Below are positions 35,641-47,792 of a stretch of DNA of 64,000 bases, piece after piece. The stretch is taken from positions 11,532,001-11,596,000 of the forward strand of contig OX638166.1 of NCBI GenBank assembly GCA_951804945.1, in the 5' to 3' direction. The stretch comes from Podarcis cretensis. Taxonomy: Eukaryota. The notes under the pieces were generated by a model. The model was not told the origin of the DNA, ran no database searches, and worked only from the letters and a program-made list of their open reading frames with translations. The translations under genes and the position numbers were made by a program. Each line of letters starts with the position of its first letter. Position 1 is the first letter of the stretch.

Positions 35641-37466
35641 TTTTTATTTTTTAATAAAAATTTTATTAGGTTTTCACATTTTATACACACACACACAACA
35701 AAAACAAAAACAAAACATATATAATTTCATACTCTTACTTTCTTTACCCTCTTTCCTTGACTTCCCCCACCCCCTCTTCATACATCCCAATTCCAATAAT
35801 TAATTCAGCAAGTTCTTATCTCTCATCTTTAACATATTATTATTATTTTTAAAACTTAACTCTTTTTACTTATCCACATTTAACGTATCCAATTCTCTTA
35901 TAAACATTAAATCTTTTTTCTAAGGTCGACCTAATTTCTCTCCCACGAATTTCTCCCTTTATATTTTAATTAATTATATGTCATAATGGCCAAATACAAA
36001 AATCATAAAATTTTAAAATTCTGTTCTCCCCTCCCTCCCTACCCCGGTTTCCATCCCTTATGTCCACAGAAACAGTTCCTAGCCCGGATTCCTCACATCC
36101 GAGGCCTTCAAGTCTCTGTCAGTCTCTCTCCGCCGATTTTGTTGGTAACCCTTTTTGTTGGTCCTCAGGTCTCGAAGGAGTTCAGTCGCGGTCACACCAA
36201 GTTTTCTTCCATCCAAAATACTTAAAAGCAGTTGCTGCAAAAGGTCAGCTGCTCTCCCATACTCAAAGAGGAAGTCCCAATCATATTTCTTTATTCTTTT
36301 AAGTTCCAGTATTCCAGGTACTCCAGGGACTTCCTCCTTCATCTTTCTCATCTTTCGCAGATTTGTAATCCGAAGATCTTCTTCTTTATTTCCTGACAAT
36401 ATAGGCTTCTGATTGGTATTTTCCTTTTCCGCTCCTTCTTTCCTCTCCACCTGTTCCAAAAATGTCTCTTCTGGTTCAGCTGCAGATTTCTTATTAGTCA
36501 AATCCTTTATGCATTCAGCAGAGTTGTTTGTTTTAGAATTCAAGGTCATAAGTTCTTTGTTCATAGCCGTACTCTGCTCTTGCAGGATTCCCACGAGAAA
36601 AAACATTTTTTCTATCTCTGCCAGTAATTTTCCCTCTGCAGCCATTGTAATGTCTCTAGTTCCCCCTAGGGGGATTCCAATTACTTGATAGTCCTTTTCC
36701 AACAGTCCATTACTTATTGTTTATAGCTACGTTGTTTCCAACCACCTCAGTTCAAATGCAACACTTTTAATTCAGAGAGTTATTAAGTAACAAAGTTCTT
36801 AACTTTAACCGCCCGTTTGACAGCTCCTTTGACAGCTGTCAAACTCCTTATTCTTTTTCCTCCGGCTTACGCACAGGACACTCCCGGGTTCGGGGGGGGG
36901 GGGTTTACACAAAAGCTTCCAAAATTCCTCACTTTTTCTCCAGCACAAAGACTTCTTCTGTCAAATTCACTGAAGTATCTTTTATCTGACACCAAAAACA
37001 ATACTCTCCACCTTGGTTCTCCAATCCTTGCTTTAGATCGTTTGTAGGTAGGGGGGGTGCGGACTTCCCTTTAGCACATCCCCCGATTGTACCAAATTCA
37101 AAGGTATAAATTTTAAAGTCCAGATTCCAATCTACTCACGGGTTGTTTATTTTACAGTCCGAATTTTGGGGAAAAAGTCAGCGCTCTCTGGCCATGGCTC
37201 GCGGCTACGCTCCACTGAAGTAGCGGTCTACTCACAGCACCACGCCGCTCCCCGTACCCTCTCCGTAGCCTTTAAAAAGGCTCTTCGTGGGTCAGGGAAG
37301 GCGCTTAAAGGTGCCCGCCGAGTCACCAAGTCCGCAGGCTTCCGCGCCTGCGGTTTCTAAGGGTCCCCGCGTCGCCGGCGTGGTAAGACCCGTCCTCAGC
37401 AGAGCCGATTCCCTCCGGAGCTCGGAGGGAATCCGCCATTAATCCGATCGCGCTAACCCGGAAGTC
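35641..37466 (-). mobile_element. Full-length non-autonomous L1-like (HAL1-type, ORF1-only) retroelement
   Basis: Perfect 16-bp TSD CCAAACAGAATTCTGT (35625-35640 and 37467-37482); 5' end GACTTCCGG...AATGGCGG; single ORF; AATAAA plus A-rich tail; no reverse transcriptase. Confidence 0.8.
36079..36645 (-). CDS. 188-aa ORF of the retroelement, possibly a divergent L1 ORF1p-like coiled-coil protein
   Basis: ATG at 36645 in strong context (ACAATGG), uninterrupted to TAG; heptad-like N-terminus. ORF1 homology is judged by eye only. Confidence 0.5.
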   Translation of the reverse strand: MAAEGKLLAEIEKMFFLVGILQEQSTAMNKELMTLNSKTNNSAECIKDLTNKKSAAEPEETFLEQVERKEGAEKENTNQKPILSGNKEEDLRITNLRKMRKMKEEVPGVPGILELKRIKKYDWDFLFEYGRAADLLQQLLLSILDGRKLGVTATELLRDLRTNKKGYQQNRRRETDRDLKASDVRNPG

Positions 37467-39655
37467 CCAAACAGAATTCTGTATGAGAGAGCTCCATTCT
37501 GGAGGTTTGCACTTGCCCCGCCCTCCCACTCCTCTCTAGAAAGGCAGAGAAACAGAAAGCCTAGTAAGCAGCCTTGAAAGCAGAGGATCTTCATTCTGGA
37601 GGCAGCACACAGAAGCTGTTTCTCCTTTCCAGGAGATGAGGACAAAAGCAGATCACCTACCACTTATACTAGTATTACAGGACAATACTAAACACAGGGC
37701 TGTCTTGTCTGAAAACAATTATTACCCCAGCCAAGAGGTTATTTTCAAGCCAGATAAAAGTACTGAAAGTAGGACTTGTGCAAAAAGCAAACAAAACCAC
37801 GAAGCAGATGCAACATCAAATATATTTCCCAGATGGATAAATGGGTGTTTACCACGAGTGTCCATTTGTTAAAAGATTTAGTTCTGTTTTAAAGGCATCT
37901 GTTCTTTTTTGTGTTTTTAACTGTTTTTAATTATCCTATGTGCAAATTGCCTTGATTCAGTGGTTCAAAAGGCAATACATAAAACAACTGTAATAATAAT
38001 TAGAAACATGGCACACAGCAGCCACTTTACACAGAAAACAAACGATTACAAAGGGAAGATTTAACAGCACTTGTGTTTCAATAAATATGAGAGATTTGAT
38101 TTAGCTCAATCATTTTACTAAAGGGACGGGAAACAACTTCAGACATGTCTCCATACTTTTAAACTTGCTGTGTCTTCTTTTGCCATTCTGTTTTCAATAA
38201 TGAGAAATAAAATGAACACAAAATGCAGACTTATCTGACTATGCAAAAACATGCACTGACACATACGAAGTTTTGCTTCCCAATAATTCTTCCATCCCTT
38301 TATGCAGAGTCTCTTTAAACCCAAGTATTTTTATAAATGACAGATAATCCTGTGTGAATTTATCCAGGAGACCAAAACATACAAGACTTCAAAGCTTTTC
38401 TGTGCCACACCTATTGGTGCATCAAATCTGATGAATACAATTTTAAATAAATCTATATACAAGTTCTGATTTTGTTAGGCAGTGCTCAGGCACCTTTGCC
38501 CCTTCCAGTCTTCTCCTTTGCTGTTACCTGAACTGCCTTTGCTAAGTCACCAGTTTGGAGCACGGGGGGAAAACCTTAAGAGCTGCCTGCAAGCAACCTG
38601 CCACATTTGCAGAGACAGAGAGACTTCTAAGTGAATGAGACAGGATTATGGATCCTCTGATTACTTCTGGAATAAGCCTAACCTCCCTACGGCATTGCAC
38701 AGAAAACTCTCAAGAGCAATGCCTGGGATACCAGGAAGAATGGAGCACTTTGCTAAGCACTATCATCACCATTCAGACTGGTATAGTATTTCACATCTAT
38801 GAAACATTACTGCCACCCTGTGGAATCAATCCTAACTAAGTTACAGGCTGAATTGTAAGATCAGTAGTGCTGCAAGGTTTAATTGGTAGATTAGTCAATG
38901 AAAGCTTGAACTCTGAGTATTAACTGAGCCTTTCAAGAAGGTATACAAACACCTCAACTGCAGAAAGGTGTGCTTGGTTACATATTTGGAACGCCTCGCT
39001 ATAAGGACAATAATGGAACAGATGTTCTTCGTCCAGTATTTCAAGCCAGCATATGGAGGTTTTGATAATGTGCATATTTAGTTACACATAATCAATTAAA
39101 AGGAAAATGATGAATCAGCTGAACATTCTTTAACTGAAAACTAGCAAATTTCAGCACCAAATTTCTTATTTAAACCTGCACTTGGAAGCAAAATTTGTTT
39201 TATTCTCCAACCACTAAACTGTCCACAAGCTGATGGACTCAGAATATGCTGATTCAATGACAACACTATATAGGTATTTTTACCTAGGTAAAAGTGAAAC
39301 TGCACCCTACTAAGCTCAAGCCTGCGATGTTAACAAAAGAACAGGGATCTTACTGTAACCAAAGCATAGAAAATGAGAGAACCAGGTTTCCTCTGATGCC
39401 CCCCCTCCCAAAAGAAATCACAACCCAAATATTTTTGAATATTCTCCCATGCATGTTATCCTCTGAAAGCTAGCATATTGCATAGTTAAAGAGTATGAGC
39501 TACAAGCTAGCAAGTCTCTGGCTCAAATGAGCTTCATGGGCAGCCTCTGGAAATGCATGGATAGTAATACTGGTCTACCTTAAAGGGTAGTTGTAAGGAT
39601 TATTGAGATAAAGTACTTGAAGGTCTCTGAACACCCTAAAGATAGATATTTGGCT

Positions 39656-39905
39656 GAAGAGCCTGCTGTATCAGGCCAGTGGCCCATCTAATCCAGCATC
39701 CTGTTCTCACAGTGGCCGAACTCATGCCGAAATCAGCCAGCAGGATTCAAGCACAAGAGCACTCTCCCCTCCTGTGGTTTCCAGAAGCTGATATTCAAAA
39801 GCTCTGCTGCCTCCAGCTATGGAGGTAGACCATAGCTATCCTGGCTACTAGCCCTCAATAGCCCTCTGCTCCATGAATTTGCTTGATTCTCTTTTAAAGC
39901 ATTTT
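39656..39905 (-). mobile_element. CR1 LINE 3' fragment
   Basis: gaagagcctgctg.atcaggcca.tggcccatcta.tccagcatcctgttctcacagtggcc, the reverse complement of the CR1 3' end seen at about 17560-17645. Confidence 0.8.
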
Positions 39906-40245
39906 GGTCACACTTTTCCTCCAAGTGTAAATAAGAGGCCTTGCATTCAGAATGGAGAAAGGGCAACTGCATTTGCTCAGATATGGCACAAAGCATTCTC
40001 AAGGTAAAGTCTGTATTATTTTCCATGGGAGGATTTTCCATGGGAAGCAGGGCCAGAAGAGAAAACCTGAAAATAAAATTGTCAATGGGGGAAAAAAGAC
40101 ATTGGTAAGTGATCTCCTGCAACTTTTAATATTAAATTAGTATTCATTCATTGTAACTAATTTTCTATTTTAAAAAACCCCCACGATAGGCAAAAATTTC
40201 AAGTTATTGTTGGTGTTATTCAGAAGCAAGGCAGACTGTGCTTAC

Positions 40246-40385
40246 CACTTCTGTTGATGTTTCTGCATGTTCTGAAGTAACGTGTTCTTGAAGAGATGTT
40301 TCCGTATACCCCATTTTTCCACAATAAGGACAAGTAAAAGACTGTGGCTGCTCTACAGAGAAAGCTTCTCCACCATAGTACAAAT
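40246..40385 (-). CDS. KCMF1: KCMF1 exon 3: DLYYGGEAFSVEQPQSFTCPYCGKMGYTETSLQEHVTSEHAETSTEV
   Basis: cccccccag acceptor, GTG|gtaagc donor, 140 nt; C2H2 (Di19-type) finger. Confidence 0.97.
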
Positions 40386-40748
40386 CTGGGGGGGAAATAA
40401 GATATGTGAGAATTCCATTCATAAAAAATGATCATGGTTACAAATATAGGACACACCAAACTTAGCTCAAACATACAGTCTAATGTACAATTCAATTAAG
40501 AAGAGTTGCATCCAACTAATTCACAGTATGTGTGGAACTTCCATGAGTACAACACAACTTTTCCTCTCTTTCTTCCCCCTGCAGCCCCCAAATTTGCTTT
40601 GGGTTTGCCCCCAACTCTCCAGAGCAGATTTTGGGGATGCGGAAGTTCTACTGTGTTTACACAAGTTGTTCTGCACACCCAATCGAACACAATTAATCAT
40701 CTCTCACAATACAGGATTTTCGTTTTGTGTTTTGTTAGCCACATAATC

Positions 40749-40785
<37 letters not shown>
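40749..40785. repeat. (TAT)n microsatellite
   Basis: About 12 perfect units. Confidence 0.98.
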
Positions 40786-40788
<3 letters not shown>

Positions 40789-42190
40789 AATTGAGAAAGA
40801 ATCTACAAGGCTAATGGCATTTCCCTACACAAAGTAATCCTAATAATACTATGCTTAGAAGTGCTAAGTGTGCTAATATTTTCACACCTGAAAACAAACC
40901 AGTGTCAACAACCACTGAGGCATCTTACAGAATAATATACATCATTAGTTCTTTAAACAAGAAAAGCTCAAACACCAGATCCAGTTTTCCTCTGCTGCAT
41001 TTGTAGCTGGTAGGAGTTTATACACCTGGACTCACAAGAAAGTGGTCACAAAGCTAAGCAACCCCAAACAAATATACAAGCAGAAGCACAAACTGCTGCT
41101 CTCCACCACCACAACTGTAGAATGGCAATAAAGCCTTACTTGACATGTGTTTATGCAAGGAAAATGCTATCTCCCCATTGAAAGCAGAAGCATTTTCTTT
41201 GTTCCCACAGAAGTCCCACAATGAAATGAATATACCATGAGTAGCAGCAGCAGCAACAGCAGCAGTGCACTTGGCAGACTGGACTCAGCCAGTAGAGCAG
41301 GAGAACTGATCCCAGGGTTGTTGGTTATTAAAGATTCCTGCATTGCAGGGGGCTGGACTAGATGACCCTGGTGATCCCTTCCGATTCGACGATAATGAGA
41401 GACATAACCTCTACTAGAAATATGTGCTGCCTCCCTGAAAAAACTCCCACCCATTCCCCATGTCTTAACTATGCTGAAGGAATCTGTCAGCACTAACATT
41501 AAACTTGGTTACAACTAACCAACAATTCCCTTAAACCAGAATCTGAAACCAAGATTAACATCCACCAAACTGTTTAACTGCAGTCCAGGGGAAAGGTTTA
41601 CTTCAGGAATGAGACAGGCTGCAGGGACAGAATGCAGGTCCCAGAGGTTGGATTCTGATTTGCTGACCCCTCTTCTCAACAGGGAAGAAATGTTATGACT
41701 GCACAATGCAAACATTAAAGCAACACGGAACGCTTGAGGCTGGATAATCCCACTCTCCCCGCAGTGAAAGTTACTCCAATACAAGAAAGGTTGGGTAAAA
41801 GATCCAAGTACAGCTATTCATACAATACAAAAAATATCCTTGAATGCTGTTGTACATACCAAGCTATGAAAATTCACAAAGGATGCTTATGTGAACTTGA
41901 AGAAGAGCATGAACATCACTCGGGAATACAGACTGCTACCTGGTCCCACAGAAACCAACAGAAATAGGACAGTACTTAAGAAAGCTTGCTCTGCATAGCT
42001 CTACTCTAGCACTTAAGCAGATTTTAATGAGGCCACATAAGTGACATTAATACGGTTTTCAAGTGAGTTCTAATGAATATCCCAGAAAACTATATCCATG
42101 GCAATAAGCTAACAAGCTCCCTACGCCACCTTGTAGTCAACCAATATTTTCTTAAATGAAAATCTACTGAAGAACCATCACTTTTTGTAA

Positions 42191-42434
42191 CAGAGTGGTA
42201 CCTCAGGTTACATAGGCTTCAGGTTACATAGGCTTCAGGTTACAGACTCCGCTAACCCAGAAATAGTACCTCGGGTTAAGAACTTTGCTTCAGGATGAGA
42301 ACAGAAATTGTGCTCTGGCGGCACGGCAGCAGTGGGAGGCCCCATTAGCTAAAGTGGTGCTTCAGGTTAAGAACAGTTTCAGGTTAAGAACGGACCTCCG
42401 GAACGAATTAAGTACTTAACCCGAGGTACCACTG
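42191..42434 (+). mobile_element. Tc1/mariner-type MITE, family A copy 1
   Basis: TIRs gtggtacctc.ggtta / taacccgaggtaccactg|TA; near-identical to the 54728 copy and reverse complement of the 49401 copy. Confidence 0.9.
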
Positions 42435-43027
42435 TACATGTGTTTCTCACTATAAAAGATTTTAATCTCTTTAGGAGCACGAAGAGTTTTTAAGAGTACA
42501 CGTAGCCTCCCAATCAGTTTTGGTCTGCAGAGCAAAGCTTTTGGTACCATTACCGCTGTTTCTGTAAACGATGTTCTGGTTTAGCTATTTGCAACAGTCA
42601 TCCCAGACACTAGCCAGAAACCTCTGGAATCCATGTCCGAATAGGGCAAATCTTAAGTTTCGCACTGCAATCCAGGCATCACAATGTATCTGTAAGACCA
42701 TAGATAAAGCTAGTGGTGGTTTGTGGTTTTGACGGGTGGGGAGTGGTGTTCTCCTGACAGCAGCACGGTGCTTGCCAGCAGAGCTCCAGGCTGAAGCAGT
42801 CAACCCTGCAGGTGAATCCATTTGCTGAGGCACTTAACTGCTGGCTTTGATGGACCTGTTCCATTTTATGCTATTGGTTTTCATTTGATGCTTATTCATA
42901 TTGTTTTATTTTTCTTTCGCAAGCAGCTCTGAGAACCCATATTTAAAAGTGGGATAGAAGTCTTCTATATTCTAGACCCTACTATCATAATAAAGGTTGT
43001 TTCATCAGAGAGAAGGAAATGCAAAGA

Positions 43028-43644
43028 ATCAGTTCTGGGTTGCAGTTATGGGGGAAATTAGCAACATTATTGGTAACGTAGTCCAGCCAGTTCAAACTCG
43101 GTACCTCCTCTCTACATTTTAAAGCAACAACTCTTCAGCAACATTAAAACCATTTGTCCTTTATCTGGTAGCGGAAACCTGCCCTGCTGTGGGCCCAGGG
43201 ATGGAAAGATGGTTTCAAATTTTACAATCAATAACTGGCTCAAAAGGGTTGTACATGCTGCAGTCATGGAAAAAATTGCTCATCAGCGGTGTAAGCTGCA
43301 GGAAAATGCAGAGCCTGAGGATTATGCGGATATTTGTTGTAATTTTATTACATATCTCAGAATCGCCCAAGCTCAATATAGTACCCACAAATTATTTATC
43401 CGAAAGTAGTTTTAGTATTTTCCCCATTTGTTTACCTTACCCATGACTTACCCCAATTTTTCTTTCTTAGTTAGAATCTGTTAACGTTCTTTCATTATTT
43501 TAATCTAAATGTGCATTTATATATATAAAAATGGTGCCATTATTTTCTTTTATATATCCAAGATGTGTACTGTTGTTTTGTTCTTTTCTTTTTAAAAAAA
43601 CACATGCTTACCCACTGAATTAAAAATAAACAATTTTTTAAAAG
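43028..43644 (+). mobile_element. 5'-truncated L1/Tx1-like LINE with long flanking duplication
   Basis: Residual ORF2 C-terminal motifs (FW..V..EI; WK...TI..W......MEK), AATAAA/A-rich end, 33-bp direct repeat on both sides. Confidence 0.7.
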
Positions 43645-45293
43645 GGTTGGTTCATCAAAGAGAAGGAAATGCAAAGAGCCGCCTGTCCCTTTGTGTTTAT
43701 GAATTGTTCCTGCTCCTCACTCCTGAATCTTCTTTTAAAATGAAATGCAAAGCAGAATGATATGCCAATAATAGCGAGAAAGGCCCAGTATACTCAGGTC
43801 TTCCAGTGACACATGTCTGAACAAAATGTAACATGGGAAAAATTATAAGCCACAGTAGACATTAGTCACATTTCACAAAGTGAAACTTGGCCCCCTCATT
43901 TTCTGCAAGAAGTCTGGAGCTCCAGAAGTCCTTTTCTACACTACAGCAAACAAACCAGAAAGCAGAACAGGATATGAGCTGGTCTGTAAACAGCAAGTTA
44001 GTTCCACTCAGGCCTGATTCATAACTCATCTCTCCCCTTGTGCTTCTGATGCACAGCGCTGCAGAAGCAGCACAGTTCTTCTCAACGCACAGTCCGGCAC
44101 AATCACACCCCTCTGCTGGTTGTGCATATAGCTACCATCAGTAATCTATGTCCTGTGCAGACTCTTCTATAATAAAAGGCACCATACCAACGATACACTT
44201 CCCTGTACTGGCACGGGTTGTGGCGATTTACTATGCATACCATCCTATCCATGAAGGGAGGCAATTACAGATATTCCATGACTGGAACCCTGACATGCAA
44301 CCACCACCACACTTCCAGGATGAACCCATTTTCTTGAAATAAACACATCTGAGCCTTTAGATTTTCCCTCGACCCCATCTTATCCTTGCAACAAGCTGTG
44401 AAGTAGCCAATGAGTTTGATGGTGCAGTGGAAACTTGGACCTGGGTCTCCCCAGTTCCCTGCTTGACACCACACAGGCTCTTTCACAGATCCTCTTCTCC
44501 CAAAGATTTCACAGAAAGCCTGGCTGAGAAATGGACAGGCAGAAGGGAGGGAATAAATTGCGGGAAATTTCTGACTGGACTTCCTGCAACTCCACTCGGA
44601 GAATAGGGACAGGACAAGCTAAGGGCTGTATGTTGAACCTGGAATACAGCAGACAAACATAATTCATAAGTGGATGAGGAGGAAACACTGTAATGTGTGA
44701 ATGAAGAAACTGCAGCTCTCCTATTTTTGTCAAACCACCAAACAAGCTTGAGAGGAGGCAGGTAAACCACACTATAAACAAACCTGTACTTGATAGACTT
44801 ACAACCACATACCCTGGAAGCAGTATTCCGCTAAATATAGGCTCTGGTACTTGTCTGGAGAGCTAATATGCCCCCCCCCATTTGAATACCACTTCAAAAC
44901 AAAATATTGGCCTCAAAGAAGTCTTATCTCAGGCTGAAGAACGGAGTTTAAAATGCTTCAGACAAGTAAATTTTGATCATAGGTATTAAAAATAACTTTT
45001 CAACAATGATAAAGTCATAGAACCTCAAGGTAAGAGAGGTCTATAAAATTAGTAAAAGAGAACCTGCTTACATCACTGGAAGGTATTTTATAGCTACACT
45101 CCCATAGCACCATTACAACCCAGGTAGCGGTATGTCCCAAGGAGATACAAGAAATGAGTAAGGTGCACTGAAGCTACAGAGGCTGCCCAAACCTGTAGTA
45201 TGTCTAGCAAGGCAAAATTACATGGTTTAAGCAAGTGATTATGTTATGTATCAAAGTCAAAAGGTGTAGTGCAGTGGCTACAGCAGTTCTTCC

Positions 45294-45331
45294 GAGAGAG
45301 AGAGGGGGGGAGAGAGAGAGAGAGAGAGAGA
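45294..45331. repeat. (AG)n microsatellite interrupted by a G run
   Basis: Direct inspection. Confidence 0.9.
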
Positions 45332-46228
45332 ACAAGAAACAGTTACAAATTAGACATCTAATTCCATTTTGGTGGTCAAAACATACACCAGCTGAGCCAA
45401 CACATGTTTTGACCACCAAAATGGAACAACTTGTTGTTTTTGATGGAATGCTGGCCACTTTTACTCTGCTCTGATTACGCTGTGGGCTTTTCATATATAT
45501 GTTATTGGAATTTAATATTTGAAGTTCTGTACCACTAAAATGAGAATAGCCATATTGCACAGGTTTATATCTTCGGTTTTCTGGGGAAAGGTAGCAATTC
45601 ATTTTTGAAATTTTTTCTCTCGCTCTCACATCTCCCTACACTTTGAATTCTGTATCTACAATTTGCATTCTACTTCCACTTGCCACACTACTACTTCCTC
45701 TTGAAAGGCTAAGGAATTAACTTCACTTGTTTTTCCTTCTAATTCCGGGTTCAACAAAATAGAACAAAACAAAACAAAACACTGATGAACAGCAACAATA
45801 AAAAGTAATTAACCTGTATTTGATTATTCATGTTTATGAAAATTCATGTGCTTTTAAAATAATTGAATATCCCTTCCCATCTTCCTGTTTCTTCTTATAC
45901 ACAAAACCCAATTCTAGGCAAGTTGACTCAGAAGTCTCACCTAGTTCGGTTAGGCTTAACTCCCAAGTAAACATCGATTGGATGGGAGGCTAAAAATCAT
46001 AAAGTGTCAGCAAGGGGCTTAACTTTTTTTAATTCCCTGTGCAGTGCTTGTTTGAATAGTGCTCATATTAAATGCAATCAAAACTAAATGAAGAAAAATA
46101 AAAGCAAAACAAAAGAATGAATACATATGCCATCTGAAAAGAGCAAGGTTAGTTTGGGAAACATCCTAAGTTATATAAAAATGACGATATATGTATTGTG
46201 ACCAAAATAAAAAGCAAGAATAACTTAC

Positions 46229-46396
46229 CAAAATCTACCCTTGTTAGTATGCACTGCATTGGATGGTCAGTTGTATGCCTTGTCGTCGTTGCACCACTTT
46301 CATAACAAGATGCACACAGATCGTAATCGTAGCAAATTAAACACTTGTATCTGCGACCTCGAAAATTTCCTTTTAAACATGCATCGCAGCTGACAC
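46229..46396 (-). CDS. KCMF1: KCMF1 exon 2 (ZZ zinc finger): [56 protein letters not shown]
   Basis: tttgtag acceptor, G|gtaagt donor, 168 nt, phase 1/1. Exons 2-7 total 1130 nt; with the 16-nt coding part of exon 1 expected from the orthologue (outside the window) this gives 381 aa. Confidence 0.98.
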
Positions 46397-47438
46397 CTAC
46401 AAACAAAAAGAAATGGTTATTAACTATACATTATACTATATTTAAATGTAAAATAGTGAACCTAGTAATACCTACAACTTTTAAAATTAATTTAACTCCA
46501 CTGTTAAGTGTTTCATGTTAGTCACATAGTTTCTATTGGGAAAGAAAGGTGGGCTATAAACTGGATGAACAAACAACAAATTTGGGTGTAGTTATTGCAG
46601 TTATGTGAAAGAAACCCATTTGGGTTGCTTAGTGAATATCTTCTTAATTAACCCTGAAAACAAGAACTCAAAGTATGAAAATCGCTGGGTATCATTAACA
46701 TACTAATTGTAGCACGCTTGAAGAGCTGTGTAGATAAATATCTGTGCTTCCAATGGTAGTCACCTAAAAGTTAATGGTAACTTTGAGTTTAACTATAACT
46801 ACTATTGTGTCCACTTCAGTTGACTTGCAATGTGTTAATTCAGAAGAATGGTCAATAACAAAATGAAATAATGAGTTTCTAAAAGGAGGAACTTTTCAAC
46901 AGAAGAATATGGTAGAAGGAAATTTTCAGCTCCAGATCTTTCATCTGACACAACCACACAACCTCTCTATTAGTCCTTGTTACCAAAGTAGCAACAAGTT
47001 ATTCTTCTGTCAACATTTGTCAGATAAAACACAGAAAAATCATTCATCTTCCCTTTCAAAACACACAGTAACCCACAACAGGTGCAAGTTTAACATTCCA
47101 GAGAGCTCCTCGCTCTACAATACAAATTTTCTTCACATTCTGCAATGTTTCTGCAGCCAGGGATTTGAACGCAGACTTTCCAAGGATAATGCTGTTCCTG
47201 GAACACTCTGCTGGAGGAAGGGTAAGAAGAATTTCACCAATTTCTTTCACCTACAGCCCTTTGAAAAGCAGCTCTAAAAGAAGAGCATGGGAGATGGTGC
47301 TAGGGGGCAAACCTGCAAAAATCACTTTCCCCCACTTTGTCCTTAAGGTGGAGCTACTGCTGGAGCAGAATCCCATCCACCAAACAGAATAAGTTATTCT
47401 GTTTGATTTTATATTTGCACAAGAGTATATCCTGATCC

Positions 47439-47792
47439 GGGGACACAGGGGGGGACGCTGTGGGTTAAACCACAGAACCCAGGACTTGCCGATCAGAAGG
47501 TTGGCGGTTCGAATCCTCGTGACGGGGTGAACTGCCATTGCTCAGTCTGTGCTCCTGCCAACCTAGCAGTTCGAAAGCACGTCAAAGTACAAATAGATAA
47601 ATAGGTACCGCTCTGGCGGGAAGGTAGACAGCATTTCCGTGCGCTGCTCTGGTTTGCCAGAAGCAGCTTAGTCATGCTGGCCACATGACCTGGAAGCTGT
47701 ATGCCGGCTCCCTCAGCCAATAAAGCGAAATGAGCGCCGCAACCCCAGAGTCGGTCACGACTGGACCTAATGGTCAGGGGTCCCTTTACCTT
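47439..47792 (+). mobile_element. Sauria (Squam1-type) SINE, near full length
   Basis: tRNA-like head with B box GGTTCGAATCC, tail ccctttacctt, 7-bp TSD CTGATCC. Confidence 0.92.

Noticed and set aside
36079-36102. Retroelement ORF ends in SDVRNPG*, resembling a 2A ribosome-skipping motif
   Set aside because: The 2A consensus is D(V/I)ExNPG-P; here the spacing is one residue short, E is missing and a stop replaces the final Pro.
47439-47530. tRNA-like A/B boxes (also near 8840, 13535 and 55065)
   Set aside because: These are SINE heads without a complete cloverleaf, not tRNA genes.
14993-47792. Two oppositely oriented Sauria SINEs as a possible dsRNA pair
   Set aside because: They lie in different genes 32 kb apart and would not be in the same transcript.
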